Source of the DNA: Heterodontus francisci | Lineage: Eukaryota | Reading direction: 5' to 3' | Assembly: GCF_036365525.1 (NCBI RefSeq) | Contig: NC_090372.1 | Coordinates: forward strand, 94,341,815 to 94,405,814 | DNA length: 64,000 nt | Shown: one piece after another, positions 1 to 11,645 of the stretch | Numbering within the stretch: position 1 is the first letter of the stretch | How the letters are laid out: the number at the start of each line of letters is the position of its first letter | Position numbers and translations under genes: made by a program | Notes under the pieces: generated by a model | Told to the model about the DNA's origin: nothing | Databases searched by the model: none | Seen by the model: only the letters and a program-made list of their open reading frames with translations

Positions 1-365
1 AAAATCATAATTCGGCCTAGCATGCATTCGTGACAACCACTAAAAGCAAGGGACCTAGCGCTGAGCCCTGCGGAATCCGACTACAAACAGCCTTCCAGGT
101 ATGAAAATACCCATCAACCAATTAGCCTTTGCTTCCTGCCTCTGAGTCAATTGTGGATCCAACTTGCCAGTTTGTCTTAGATCCCATGGGCTTTTACATT
201 CCTGACCAGTCTGTCATGTGGGACCTTATCAAAAACCTTGCTAAAATCCATACAGACTATATCAAATGCACTACCCTCATTGCAACTCCTTGTTACCTTC
301 TGAAAATATTCAATCATGTTGGTCAGACATGACCTTTCCTTAACAATCTGTATTAGACTCTCCAA
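1..365 (-). mobile_element. CR1 LINE ORF2 reverse transcriptase fragment
   Basis: ORF 177..365(-) RSCLTNMIEYF...DIVCMDFSKVFDKVPHDRL is the CR1 RT motif; the upstream GSLQGSALGPL-type region is visible at about 50-80. Confidence 0.9.
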
Positions 366-1187
366 ACCGGGGAAACAGCCTCTCAGCTAACATGCCATTA
401 AAATAGTAAAGTGGGAAGTTTCAGGTGAACATGCTAAGCCTTCATCTATTCATATTCCATGCCCTGATTTTAGGATCTAGTCAAAAAAGCATCATCCATA
501 AAACGTTATATTTTCTCACAGTTGTTAAGGTTACTTGTCCAAAATTCTATAATTCTTGTGGCAGATTTGAGTGCTGCCAGGGTGGGTAGAGTAAATTTTG
601 GGGCAGTATCTGTTTATGCCAAGTCTCTGTACAATTCTAGAAGTGCTGGGGTTTCGAGGCAGATGCAAGAGTGGGAGCAGGCAGTTCTTGTATCCTCCCA
701 CTCATCTTGTAGACTGACATCAGGAATGAAAGGTGAACTTCTGGTATGACATCATTTCTTCACCGTAAATGTCTCTAACTCCCATCAGTCCACCACCAGT
801 GCCCCCACTGTAAGAGTCCAATAATTTACAGAGGTGAAAGTGGGACATCAAAGGTGGGTTGAGTCTGAAAATTTGAATTTTGAATGGAACATAAGAACAT
901 ACGATCAGGAGTAAGCCATTTAGCCCTTCAAGCATGTTCAATAAGGTCATGGGTGATTTGTGACCTAACTCTATATACCTGCCTTTTCCCCATATCCCTT
1001 AATAGCTTTGGTTAACTGGTTAATTGGTCAATTTCAGATTTAAAATTAAGAATTACCTAGCATTAACTGCCATTTCAGAAGAGAATTCCAAACTTCTACC
1101 ACCCATTGTATCTAGACGTGTTTCCTAACTTCACTCTTGAAAGGCCTGGTTCTAATTTTTAGACTATGTCCCCTCGTCCTAGAGTCC

Positions 1188-1583
1188 CATAGAATCATAG
1201 AATGGTTACAGCACAGAAGGAGGCCATTCGGCCCATCGTGTCTGTGCCAGCTGTGCAAGAACAACTCTCTTAGTCCCACTCCTCTGCCTTTACTCCATAG
1301 CCCTGTAATTTTTTTTCACTTCAGACGATTATCCAATTCTCCATTGAATCTGCCTCTATCACACACTCTGTGCATTCAAGATCTTAACCACGCACTGCGT
1401 AAAAAAGTTTTTCCTCATGTTGCCACTGCTTCTTTTGCTAATCGACCTTAAATCGGTGTCCTCTGGTTTTGGATCCTTCCGCCAATAGGTACAGTTTCTC
1501 CCTATCTACTCTGTCCAGACCTCTCATGATATTGAACATCTCTATCAAATCCCCTCTTAATCTTCTCTTCTCCAAGGAGAATT
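1188..1583 (-). mobile_element. 5'-truncated CR1 3' end nested in the older CR1
   Basis: Begins with the CR1 tail catagaatcatagaatggttacagcacagaaggaggccattcggccc; host CR1 resumes at about 1584. Confidence 0.85.
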
Positions 1584-1890
1584 CAGCCTGCAGAAATAGG
1601 TTCTATGCTATCAGTTCCCCTTAATATCTTGAAAACTTCAATCAAAATCATCCCTTAATCTTCTAAATTTCACAGTATACAAGCCTAGTATGTTTAATCT
1701 CTCCTAATAATTTAATCCTTTGGAGTCCAGTTATCATTCAGGAAAATCTACACTGCACTCCCTGCAAGGCCAATATATCCTTCCTAAGGTCTGGTTCCCA
1801 GAACTGAACAGAATATCCAGATATAGTCTATCCAAGATTTTGTATAGCTGTAGCATAACTTTTTTTTATTGATTCTTGGGATGTGGATGT

Positions 1891-2504
1891 TGTTGCATGT
1901 TCCTTGAACCTCTGTGCTTGTATAGACTGTACACAAAGACTGATCATTCAAGATGGGATCAGTTATGCAATTTTGTGGGCTCTTTATTGATTTTTAGGGC
2001 GGCACAGTGGCGCAGTGGTTAGCACCGCAGCCTCACAGCTCCAGGGACCTGGGTTCGATTCCGGGTACTGCCTGTGTGGAGTTTGCAAGTTCTCCCTGTG
2101 TCTGCGTGGGTTTTCTCCGGGTGCTCCGGTTTCCTCCCACAAGCCAAAAGACTTGCAGGTTGATAGGTAAATTGGCCATTATAAATTGTCACTAGTATAG
2201 GTAGGTGGTAGGGAAATATATAGGGACAGGTGGGGATGTTTGGTAGGAATATGGGATTAGTGTAGGATTAGTATAAATGGGTGGTTGATGTTCGGCACAG
2301 ACTCGGTGGGCTGAAGGGCCTGTTTCAGTGCTGTATCTCTAATCTAATCTAATAACAGAGAGCAGCAATTACATTGAGATGGTTACTGTACAGGTGTATC
2401 TTCAAGATTGATTAACACTCAGAATTATATGGTGTGTTATTTCACAGCTCTTACATGACTAACATGATCTTGTCGCCACACCTCTTAAAGGTGCACACAC
2501 AACA
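1891..2504 (-). mobile_element. Solo LTR interrupted by an HE1 SINE
   Basis: Termini TGTTG...CAACA; 5-bp flanks gatgt/ggtgt (one mismatch); AATAAA on the minus strand near 1983; host SINE rejoins across it. Confidence 0.7.
1997..2352 (+). mobile_element. HE1-type V-SINE, full length
   Basis: Box A tggcgcagtgg, box B gggttcgattc, V-core ctgtgtggagtttgc...gggtgctccggtttcctcccac, CR1-like tail gggcctgtttcagtgctgtatctctaatctaatct. Confidence 0.92.
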
Positions 2505-3722
2505 GGTGTCAATGGCAAGGCCAGTATTGATTGTTCATCTCTCATTGCCCTTGAGAAGCTGGTGGTGAGCTTCCTTCTTGAGTGCAACTGAGCAGCTTGC
2601 TAGGCCATATCAGAGGGCAATTAAGAATCAACCACATTGCTGTGGGTCTGAAGCCACATAAAGGCCAGATTTGGTCAGAGCCGCAGATTTTTTCCCCTAA
2701 AGGAGTCTATTGAACCAGATAGCTTCTTGCAACAATCCAGTAGTTTCATGGTCACCATTACTAATACTAACTTTTTTATTTCAGACTTATTTAATTAAAT
2801 TTAAATTCCCCAGCTACCATGGTGGAATTTGAACTCCTCTCTCACAGCTCATTTGTGTAGGTTTCCAGATTACTAGCCCAATACATATCCACTATGTTAC
2901 TATACCCCCATCTTACTGCTACCCTTCTTGTATTCTAGTCCTCTAGAAATAATGGCCAGCATCCCATTAGCCTTTTTGAGTATTTTATGTACTTGTCCAT
3001 TACATTTTAATGATCTATGTAAATGAACTCCTAAGTCTCTTTGGACTTCCACTGTTTCTAGTTTTTAGCACCATTTAGAAAGTACTCTGTTCTATCCTTT
3101 TTAGGTCCAATGTGTCTGACCTCACATTTGCCTACATTGAAATCCACTTGCCACAGTTTTTTCACATTCACTTAATCTATTAATATCTCTGTAATTTTAT
3201 GCTTCCCTCTACAGTGTCTATGCTGTCTAGCTTTGTGTCAACAACAAAATTGGATATGTGGCTACCTATCCTATCATCTAAATCATTAATAAATATGGTG
3301 AATAGTTGTGCACCGAACAAAGATTCTTAAGGGGCACCACTAGTCATATCCTGCCAATTAGAGTACCCACCCATTATCCCTACTCTCTGTCTCTTGCTGC
3401 TCAGTCAATTTCCTAACCAGGTCAATAATTTGCCTTCATTCCATAAGTTTCAACTTTAGTTAACAGTCTCTTATGAGGAACTTTATCAGCTTCTGGTGGT
3501 CCATATAACTAACATCCATAGACATCCCCCTGTCCACTACTTCAGTTAACTTTTCAAAAAATTCAATCAGGTTTGTCAAGCATGAGCTACCCTTTACAAA
3601 TCAATGCTGGGTCTTTCTGATCAGCTGAAAGTTTTCAAGATGTTCAGTCATTCAACCCTTAATTACAGACCCGAGTAAATTCCCAACAACAGATGTTAGG
3701 CCAACCAATCGATAATTCCCTG

Positions 3723-3726
<4 letters not shown>

Positions 3727-3761
<35 letters not shown>
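3727..3761. repeat. (CT)n microsatellite inside CR1
   Basis: About 17 perfect CT units. Confidence 0.95.
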
Positions 3762-3764
<3 letters not shown>

Positions 3765-3876
3765 TTTCTTAAATAATGGAGTGACTTGCACAAATTTCCA
3801 ATCTAAAAGGATGTTTCCTGAATTGAAAGAGCTTTGGAAGATTATATTTAGGGCATCTGCAATGTTCTCACCTACT

Positions 3877-4238
3877 TATTTATTTATTTAGAGATACAGC
3901 ACTAAAACAGGCCCTTTGGCCCACTGAGTCTGTGCCGACCAACAACCACCCATTTATACTAATCCTACATTAATCCCATATTCCCTACCACATCCCCACC
4001 ATTCTCCTACCACCTATCTACACTAGGGGCAATTTACAATGGCCAATTTACCTATCAACCTGCAAGTCTTTGGCTGTGGGAGGAAACTTGAGCACCCGAC
4101 GGAAACCCGAGCACCCGACGGAAACCCACACGGTCACAGGGAGAACTTGCAAACTCCACACAGGCAGTACCCAGAACCAAACCTGGGTTGCTGGCGCTGT
4201 GAGGCTGTGGTGCTAACCACTGTGCCACTGTACCGCCC
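3877..4238 (-). mobile_element. HE1-type V-SINE, full length, with a short internal tandem duplication
   Basis: Reverse complement of 1997-2352; gagcacccgacggaaaccc is duplicated at about 4090-4128; interrupts the CR1 RT. Confidence 0.92.
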
Positions 4239-4721
4239 CTTTAAATCCCTGGGATGGAAATCATCTGGTCCTGGGGATCTGTCCTTCTTTAGGGCCATTA
4301 TTTTCTTCAGTACTGTTAATTTGATTACAGTAATTTTGGTGAGTCCCTGTCCCTGATACAATATTATTTCATTGGAATATCCAGCATGCTATCCTCTTCC
4401 TCTACTGTAAATACTGATGCAAATTATTCAACAGGTCCTTCATTTCCTTATTTTCAATTACAATAATACCAGTATCAGTTTTCAAGGGGCCCACATTGCT
4501 CCTGACCACCATTTTCTCCGAATATAATTGTTATATATATTGTGTTTATTTTGCTATCTCTTCTTTTCATGCTCCCTTTTTGTAGGTCTTGCTGTTTTGT
4601 CACCGTTTGTTGTTCTTTGTATCTCTCCCAGTTGCCAGAATCTGTGCTTGTTTTTGCATTTTTGTTTGCTTTTTCTTTTAGTTTTATGCATTCCTTGCCT
4701 CTTTAATCATCCATGGCTGTT

Positions 4722-6526
4722 CATGCGGCAAACTCAGTCATCGGAGCAGCAGGCGGGGGGTGGGAAGGGGGGCACGGTTCTGTCTAATGGGGGAAGGACA
4801 AACGCTGAGAAGTGGGGTGCCTTGAGAAGAATCCCACTGCCATGTGCCCTTTGTCCATCTTCCCTTTCAGGGCCCACCTGCACTTCCCTGTTATCCAAGA
4901 TCGGGAGAACACTTGGCTGCATTTCAGTGAGGCGTTCAGCCACCAAGGTGAGGCTTTGCTAGGTGTTCAGTAAACTGACAGCCAGAGAGTGCATAGAGTG
5001 CAGATGTGTGCCAGAATGAACTCGGTGGCCTGCCGCAACTGATTCTCCATGAGGTCGACCACTCTTTTAATGGAGGTGATCATCAGTGCAAATAGCTGAG
5101 ACATCATGCCGCTCATGCTACAGACGGACTCCTGAAATCTCTCTCCAAGGGTGCACACTGCCTCTGGAAATGCTGTCAGAATCACACACATTTCCTGTTG
5201 CTGCTCCACACGTTCCCTTTTTGTGGATGACCGCCGAGGCTCAGTATCTGTCTCCAGCTGAGCAGAGCTTGGAGTGTCCTGTGACCCCTGATGGAGCCTT
5301 ACCCTATCTACCTGTAATGCAGTAAACAACAAGGTGTGTGCACCTGCACTGGTGGAGGGTGCTCAGGAGTTATGTGATGGTACATCCTCAGAGTGCTGGT
5401 CCTCCTTTGAGGACTCCTCGGGCTCCTCCCTCATCTCCTCCATCTGCACCATCAATACAGCTGTGGAAGATGAAAGACATGATTTAATGCTGAAGGTAGG
5501 TGAGATTGGGTTCCAAGTTAACATAGTGCAGGACATGACAGTTAATGTATTGGTGACATGAGTGACAGTTAATTGCCAAGTGGCAGTGTGATAACTAATG
5601 TTGTTACCAGGTCTCTGGGCCACCCCCATCTCTCCATCGGCAAAGGCCGGGTCTGATGCCAACCTGCAATTCTAAAGGGCTTCCTCCTCCAGTGAGGTCA
5701 GGGTGGCCATAGCTGCAGGTCCACTACTGTTCTCTGCCTCTCCCTGGAGTTGTGAGCTCTCTTCTCCTGCATTGAGAAAAGGCAGAGAATTAGAAATGTG
5801 AGAAGTGAGATTGCTGAGGATGGAGGGTAAACATTTGAGGAGGAAGACTGTGAAGAATGAGTTTGAGAGGGCGATAGGATAAGGGTGAGTTTGAGCATTG
5901 TCTGTTGAGATGGAGATTTGAGGAGGAGGGTGGAGAAAAAGTAATATGTGTAACAGCAAGGTATGTTGGTCAGAGAAGTGCTGTGCAGGAGAATGCTAGG
6001 GTGGTGAGAGAATGATGAGAGCTGAGAGTTGTAGGACACTCACCTTGCAAGATCTAATGAGGTCATTAAATCTTTTCCGGTGCTGGATCCAGGTCCTCGG
6101 CACCAGACATTGACTTCCGACAGCCTCTGCAACTTGCAGCCATAGCTGCTTGATGAGGCTGGCTGGCCTCTTCCTCACTGCATTAATCATCACCTCCAGG
6201 GTCGAGTCTGAGAAACAGGGTGGGGCGGCAGCCTTTCCATGTCTTCCCTCCATTCTACAGCTCATTCCTCCATCCCACTGGTATCCTGAATGCTGCAATC
6301 AGAGCTGCCATTGTGAGTCCTAACTGTCCCCCTTTAAATAGAGATCCTTCATTGCTTGTTTCGAGGTGTCATTCCACCCGTCTTTCCTGATTGGTTGGGA
6401 AACCCAAAGGATGATGATGCCGTTGCTCTGGGAAAGAGCCACCACAATTTTCGTAAATTAATGGGGTTCCCTACCCAAAAACGGCCCAGCCATTCCGGTA
6501 GGAACTAAGTCCAGAAGATTCCACCC
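4722..6526 (-). mobile_element. Harbinger/PIF DNA transposon fragment
   Basis: Right end reads GGGTGGAATCTTC on minus, followed by TTA (6527-6529), consistent with Harbinger TIR/TSD; contains a Myb/SANT gene; left end truncated. Confidence 0.75.
4730..6272 (-). pseudogene. Harbinger Myb/SANT-like DNA-binding protein gene, 3 exons, disrupted
   Basis: Exon1 PPCFSDSTLEVMINAV...LWLQVAEAV...PRTWIQHRKRFNDLIRSCK; intron 5767-6043 (GTGAGT...TGCAG); exon2 EKRAHNSRERQRT/GPAAMATLTSLEEEAL with frameshift; intron 5461-5607 (GTAAC...CACAG); acidic exon3. Confidence 0.8.
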
Positions 6527-7419
6527 TTAGTAGCTGTTTTGCATTTCTCCCTTTCAAACACTACACTCAACTTGATCATATTATGATTGCTGTTAGATAA
6601 TTGTTCACACACCTTTAGACAGTTGGCTGAATCTGCTCATTACGCATTATTCAATCTAATATGGCATGGCTCCTTGTGGTTCTAGGACATATTGTTGCAG
6701 AAAACTTTCCTGGATACACTTAAGAAATTCACGACCTTTCTCACATGAGCAAGTTTGCTTATCCCAATCTATATGAATGTTAAAATCTCCCATTAAAACC
6801 ACTCTGCCTTTATAGCATTTATACAAGCTAACACTTCACTACCAGGGGGCCTATGCACAGCTTCCACTGCAGTTTTAACTCCTTTTCTATTTCTGAATTC
6901 TACCATTGAAGTCCCTGCTGCCTGCTTAACTTTTGTTATATCTTCTCTTATCATTGAAATAATTTCAGCCTTAATCACTAAGGCTACTCGTCCTGCTCTA
7001 CCATTTTACCTATCTTTCCTGGAGGCCTGATAACCTGGTATAATTAGATCCCAGTCCTGACCATCTTGAAGCCATGTCTCTATAATGGCTAGCATGTCAT
7101 ACCCTCCAAGTTGAATTTATGCCTGCAATTCATTCAGTTTGTTCCTTATACTCTATGCATTTGTATAAAGAACACTTATTTGGGACACACATACAAACCT
7201 GTCCTGCTCTAACATTTTACTCATGCATTTCTTATTTCTCTCTCCTGGTTTAATTATTTTAAATTTTTTAGTTTTTCCTTTACATGTAGTACCTAAAGCA
7301 CAATTTCTGACTATTGTTCAACTCTCCTCCCTTTCATTTGTTTTAGAACTATTATTTATACTACCTTTTCCACCTAGTTGAAAGTCCTTGTGACTGCCCT
7401 ATTTATCCTTTCTGCTAGG

Positions 7420-8307
7420 ACTCTAGTCTCAGCCCGGTTCAGGTGGAGCTCATCCGAATGCTACAGTTACTTCCTGTTCCAGTATTAGTGCCATGAAATG
7501 GAAGCCCTTTTTCTCACACCACTCCTTCAGCCACATGTTCACCTCCCTAGTCTGTTTATCCCTGTGCCAGTTTGCACGTGGCTCAGGTAATAATCCAGAG
7601 ATTATAACCCTTGAGATCCTGTTCTTTAATTTAGCTCCTATGCCCTGGAACTCTCCCATCAGGACCTTTTACCTACTCTTTCCTATGTTGTTGGTCCCAA
7701 CATTGGGTGCAGTGGCTGGTTCCTCCCATTCCCTCTCCAATATCCTTTCAAGTCGGTTAGAGATGTCCTACACCTTGGCACCAGGTAGGAAACATGCCAT
7801 GTGGAACTTTTGATCCTGATTACATAGGATGCTATCTGTCCCTCTAATTATTGAGTCTCCTACAACTACCAGATTAGGTTTCCCCTCCTCCCCCCTTTGG
7901 ACAGCCTCCTCCTCCAATGTGCTAAGGTCAGCATTCTGGCTGTCCTTCCAACAGTCTTAATCTTTATTCTCACAGGGGGCAAGTGCATTGTGCCTGTTGG
8001 ATAGGAATCAGTATCTGCAGATCCTCAATCTCTATCTCACCTGGGTTCCTCTTACTCTGTACACTATCAGTTACACCAACCCCATTCTAATCTTACACTT
8101 CTCTAAAAGGTATGACCAAGGTCTAGAACACATTGTCCATGTACTCATCCTTATGTGTCAACAGTGTCTCCAACTCCCACCCCAGCTCAATGACTTTGAG
8201 CCAGAGAGATTTGAAATGGAGTCATCTACTATGTGTTAGCTCGGGACAGACTCACTATCCACAAACTCCCACGTACTACAGTCAAGTCACACAACCTACA
8301 CTGCCAT
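7420..8307 (-). pseudogene. CR1 ORF1 (N-terminal zinc finger/leucine zipper plus SGNH esterase-like domain)
   Basis: ATG at 8307, then DCSTWEFVD...LKVIELGWELETL; ORF 7450..7659 SRVIISGLLPEPRA...VNMWLKEWCEKKGFHF is typical of CR1 ORF1 esterase; stops and frameshifts present. Confidence 0.8.
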
Positions 8308-9023
8308 ATTTTTGTCGATATTATTTATATCTACGTTTTAGTCTGTTGGAAGTTTTTTCCATACACTAACTTGCACTAATCAATAAAACACTGGGAACAA
8401 TTTTAAATACTTACTGCCTCAAGCTTACATAAATGACTATAAGTAATGGAGGCAAAAAGCAGCATCTCCTTTCTCCTCTGCACTGTATTCTCACTCTCAC
8501 CAAATTCCCAAATTTACACTCTGTTTACGATGCACACCGTTTATGACAACTCTCTGCAAGCAATCTGTTTGTCAACAGGTAACTGTTTACTTTTATACAG
8601 CTTTTCAAGCTACACCCAAGCTACAAGTGCTCAGTGATCTAAGTTAAATGAAGTTTGGAGCTAAACGGGGTGAAAGCAACTCTGGCCAATTTTTGTGTAT
8701 CTCCTCCATCTTCTACCAGATGTGCTGACATTGGACACCAATGGTTTCCCTCCACCTCAAATTTCTGCTCCACTATCCCGACTGAGAAGGTGCTCCAGCT
8801 GCAACAATACAGTAATAGGTGCCCTGGATCCCTGGAATTCCAATGGAGAAATGGAGATCCTCTTCATCATGGTTACAGCAAGGGACAGAGTCACGGATTT
8901 TCAACCCAGCTTCTTTCTAAACCATATTAGGTTTCACTCATCAATCAAAAAGAAATTGGTGCCACTGGCATAGAAAGAACATGAAGCAACTGCTACTTTA
9001 GGTACATCTTAATCCCTCCTGAG

Positions 9024-9139
9024 GGTATAAATTATTTTTTAAGTTGTTACACTTGTCAACCCAACAGGTCACATCTACGAAGGTATAAATTATTTTTTAA
9101 GTTGTTACACTTGTCAACCCAACAGGTCACATCTACGAA
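9024..9139. repeat. 58-bp perfect tandem duplication
   Basis: ggtataaattattttttaagttgttacacttgtcaacccaacaggtcacatctacgaa begins at 9024 and again at 9082. Confidence 0.95.
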
Positions 9140-9757
9140 TCAGATTGAGTGACAGATATGATATTGAGCGAACACATCTGGCCCTGTTCCACAGGTTTCT
9201 TGGGTAATTGGATCAGACTACCTGTGGCTGAAATCATGCAGTTTCACTTCTTTTACCCAATCTACATGGAAAATGGTGATCTAGCAGGGTAGGAGCATTG
9301 CATTGGTTAATTTTTAAGAAGGTCAATAGTTTGTAATGTGTATATGTTATAATTTGTCAAAATGTTAATGGTAGAAATGCAATATTAGTCCAGATGTCAG
9401 CTGTGTTATCTGAGGACATGCTGAGTGGAAACTAAGGGTTTCTGACAGAAAAGGAGAAAAAATTATAGGGTGAGTCACTTTATGACACTCTCACGTGCTT
9501 GCCAGTGATCGGTAATATCAGAAGACTTAGAGGATGGTATTTTTTCCCCATATAATGGTATCTGGCACAGGGATCCTAATGCAATCAACTTATCTGATGT
9601 GCTCTTAGAAAGCATTTTGGTTTCTTTCTCTCTTTAGGATCCTCGTGCCATTCACTTTGCATGTGTCAGCAGCTTATAATTATATTACTGATGCAAAATG
9701 ACTTCAAAATATTTTGAACAATGGAGTCCATTCAATGAGCTAAGCCAAACTATTAAT

Positions 9758-10400
9758 GGGCCAGATTTTGCGATAACAGGGCATCTAACAGATCTACCAC
9801 CAGTTAGACTTCCCTGCACTTACCAGCTCAAAATAATATTAGTCCATGATGTTGCTGAAAAGGTGAGCTGATATCAATGCAGAGCCTCTAAGACCTGAGT
9901 GAACAGGGCAACCAATAGAGATTAACCAATGAGATTTAAGGATTGGGAAATATACAGTGGAAGGATTGAGAAGGATGAAAAAAGAGGGTGAATACAATGT
10001 TAAATTAGGTACAGAAAGAGAAATAAAAAGAGGGAAAGAATGATTTGATTAAGCTAGAGACAGAAAGGAAAAATAAGAAAAAAGTTAAATTAAGAATTCT
10101 CCCTGAAAATTTTAAGACCTGAAGGAATGAGACTCCACACTTGCAATAGTTAATTTTTGGAGCCAGAGCTGGTAATTGGCAGTCATTAACATCATTAAAA
10201 GCGTACTTGCACTTGTAATTACTAGCCTTAAATATCTATGGCGGGTTTCGTTCATAACTACCTCACAAATACAGCAACCTTTGGATATTTGTGTTAACCA
10301 CACATCTGCCCCTTGCTTGAAATTCCTATACCGTTCAGACATTAATAATGACGAGCGATGAACCATTATTCTCAGTTATTTTGACAGCAAAATCTAGCCC
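9758..10400. mobile_element. Non-autonomous TIR element (Harbinger-like MITE)
   Basis: TIRs gggccagattttgc ... gcaaaatctagccc. Confidence 0.75.
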
Positions 10401-11534
10401 AGACTTAAAATTCCTGTGACTGTTTTGATTAGTAGTAGCATAAGGATCTTCTTCAGATTGTATTGCCTTTGCACGCTGCATGGCTAAAGTTAGATCCTGA
10501 TAAACAGATAACTAGTTTGTAGAGATATTTTATGCTTGAATGAAGATTGGATCAGAATATCTACAAACTGCAGATAAAAATAGCACATCTTTCTACCACA
10601 GCCCACTAAATATTCATCTAACACTTTGATTCAAACAAATCTAACAGAAAATACTTAACAAAAGCTATACAGTTTACACAAAAGTGATCAGACGTTTGCT
10701 GCTGTCTCAAAATTAAATCTGGTGGGGGACTGTCCATATTTGGTGCATGAAACATTAAAACATGGATAATCATCTGTGCCGGGATTACGATCTTGTATTT
10801 AAGTGTTATGCTTGGATCATGAATTCTGTACAATAGAAATGAAATGCAAGTGAGCTGATACATGACAATTCTATACACAAAGCTAAATTATGCTTGGATC
10901 AGGTATGTGTTTATCTGGAGTCATCTCTGGTAGAAAGATAATGTAGTCACTTGATGGCTTAAAAGATTTTACACATTTCTGCACAGAATGCAGAAATAAA
11001 AAGACAGAAAATAAGGCAGAATGATTTCTCTAAGATTAGGCACAGATTTTACCTGATATAGGTTTGGTAATTTAATTGTAGTCTTTGTTCTGTGTCATTT
11101 TAATGAGTTCTCTTTTTAAACTAAAATATTTTCCATGATTTTTACTGAGTTTCCACAAGATTCTTAATAAATGCAATTTTAACCCTTTGAGGACCTCACT
11201 GTAGTTTTGAATCAAAACTGGAACAATCATAGTTAAAACTCAATGAACAATAATTCCTCACAGAGTGGAAGGATATGGTTGAATGAAGTTTACAGCTTCT
11301 CCTGCAGTAGCAGGGCATTTCTCTGCAATGGTAAATCACTAACCAAGTCAACTGAGAGCTCTCTTAATCACCTTCAAGAAGCCAGTTCCTGAGATGTTTT
11401 GGCTGAGGTTTGAGAATTGGCCACCTGACCACTTGTTTGATTGAGGAATGATGTGTGATGCAATTAAATATAAGTATTAGAAATAATAAATTTTGAAAAA
11501 TACTTTTAAAAGGAACAAAATTAAAAATTAAAAA

Positions 11535-11645
11535 TCAAGAAGCTGAAAATGCTGGAGATTTGGTCCTGCCTGAAACGTAGACTTGAATCTTCTCTCCACA
11601 GATGTTGACTGACCTGCTGTGTATAGCACCCATTTTCTGTTATTG
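11535..11645. mobile_element. Degenerate Penelope pseudo-LTR fragment
   Basis: ctgaaacgt...tctctccacagatgttgactgacctgctg resembles 45320-45390. Confidence 0.55.

Larger units (their letters stand above)
1861..2912 (-). mobile_element. tRNA-derived SINE (split by a solo LTR), 3' tail shared with the LINE at 11645-13905
   Basis: Minus-strand head with box A (taacatagtgg) and box B (gagttcaaatt) at about 2830-2905; tail attgcccttgagaag.tggtggtgagct matches 11712-11740; A-rich end at 1861-1870. Confidence 0.8.
888..8620 (-). mobile_element. Near full-length decayed CR1 LINE (5'UTR, ORF1, ORF2, 3' tail) interrupted by several insertions
   Basis: 3' tail at about 888 (aacataagaacat); collinear RT pieces at 888-1187, 1584-1860, 2918-3877 and 4239-4720 (KKDRSPGPDDFHPR); endonuclease region 6530-7170; ORF1 7420-8307. 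Pieces rejoin across the insertions, e.g. tagcataact|ctacccttcttgtattctagtc. Confidence 0.85.

Noticed and set aside
1997-2070. tRNA gene
   Set aside because: The A and B boxes belong to the HE1 SINE head and continue into the V-core.
9190-9295. Possible short exon (ccacag...gtagga)
   Set aside because: No recognisable peptide, weak donor and no partner exons.
10529-10905. Recurrent ttatgcttg(g/a)atc motif, three times
   Set aside because: Short, irregularly spaced and in AT-rich DNA; compatible with chance.
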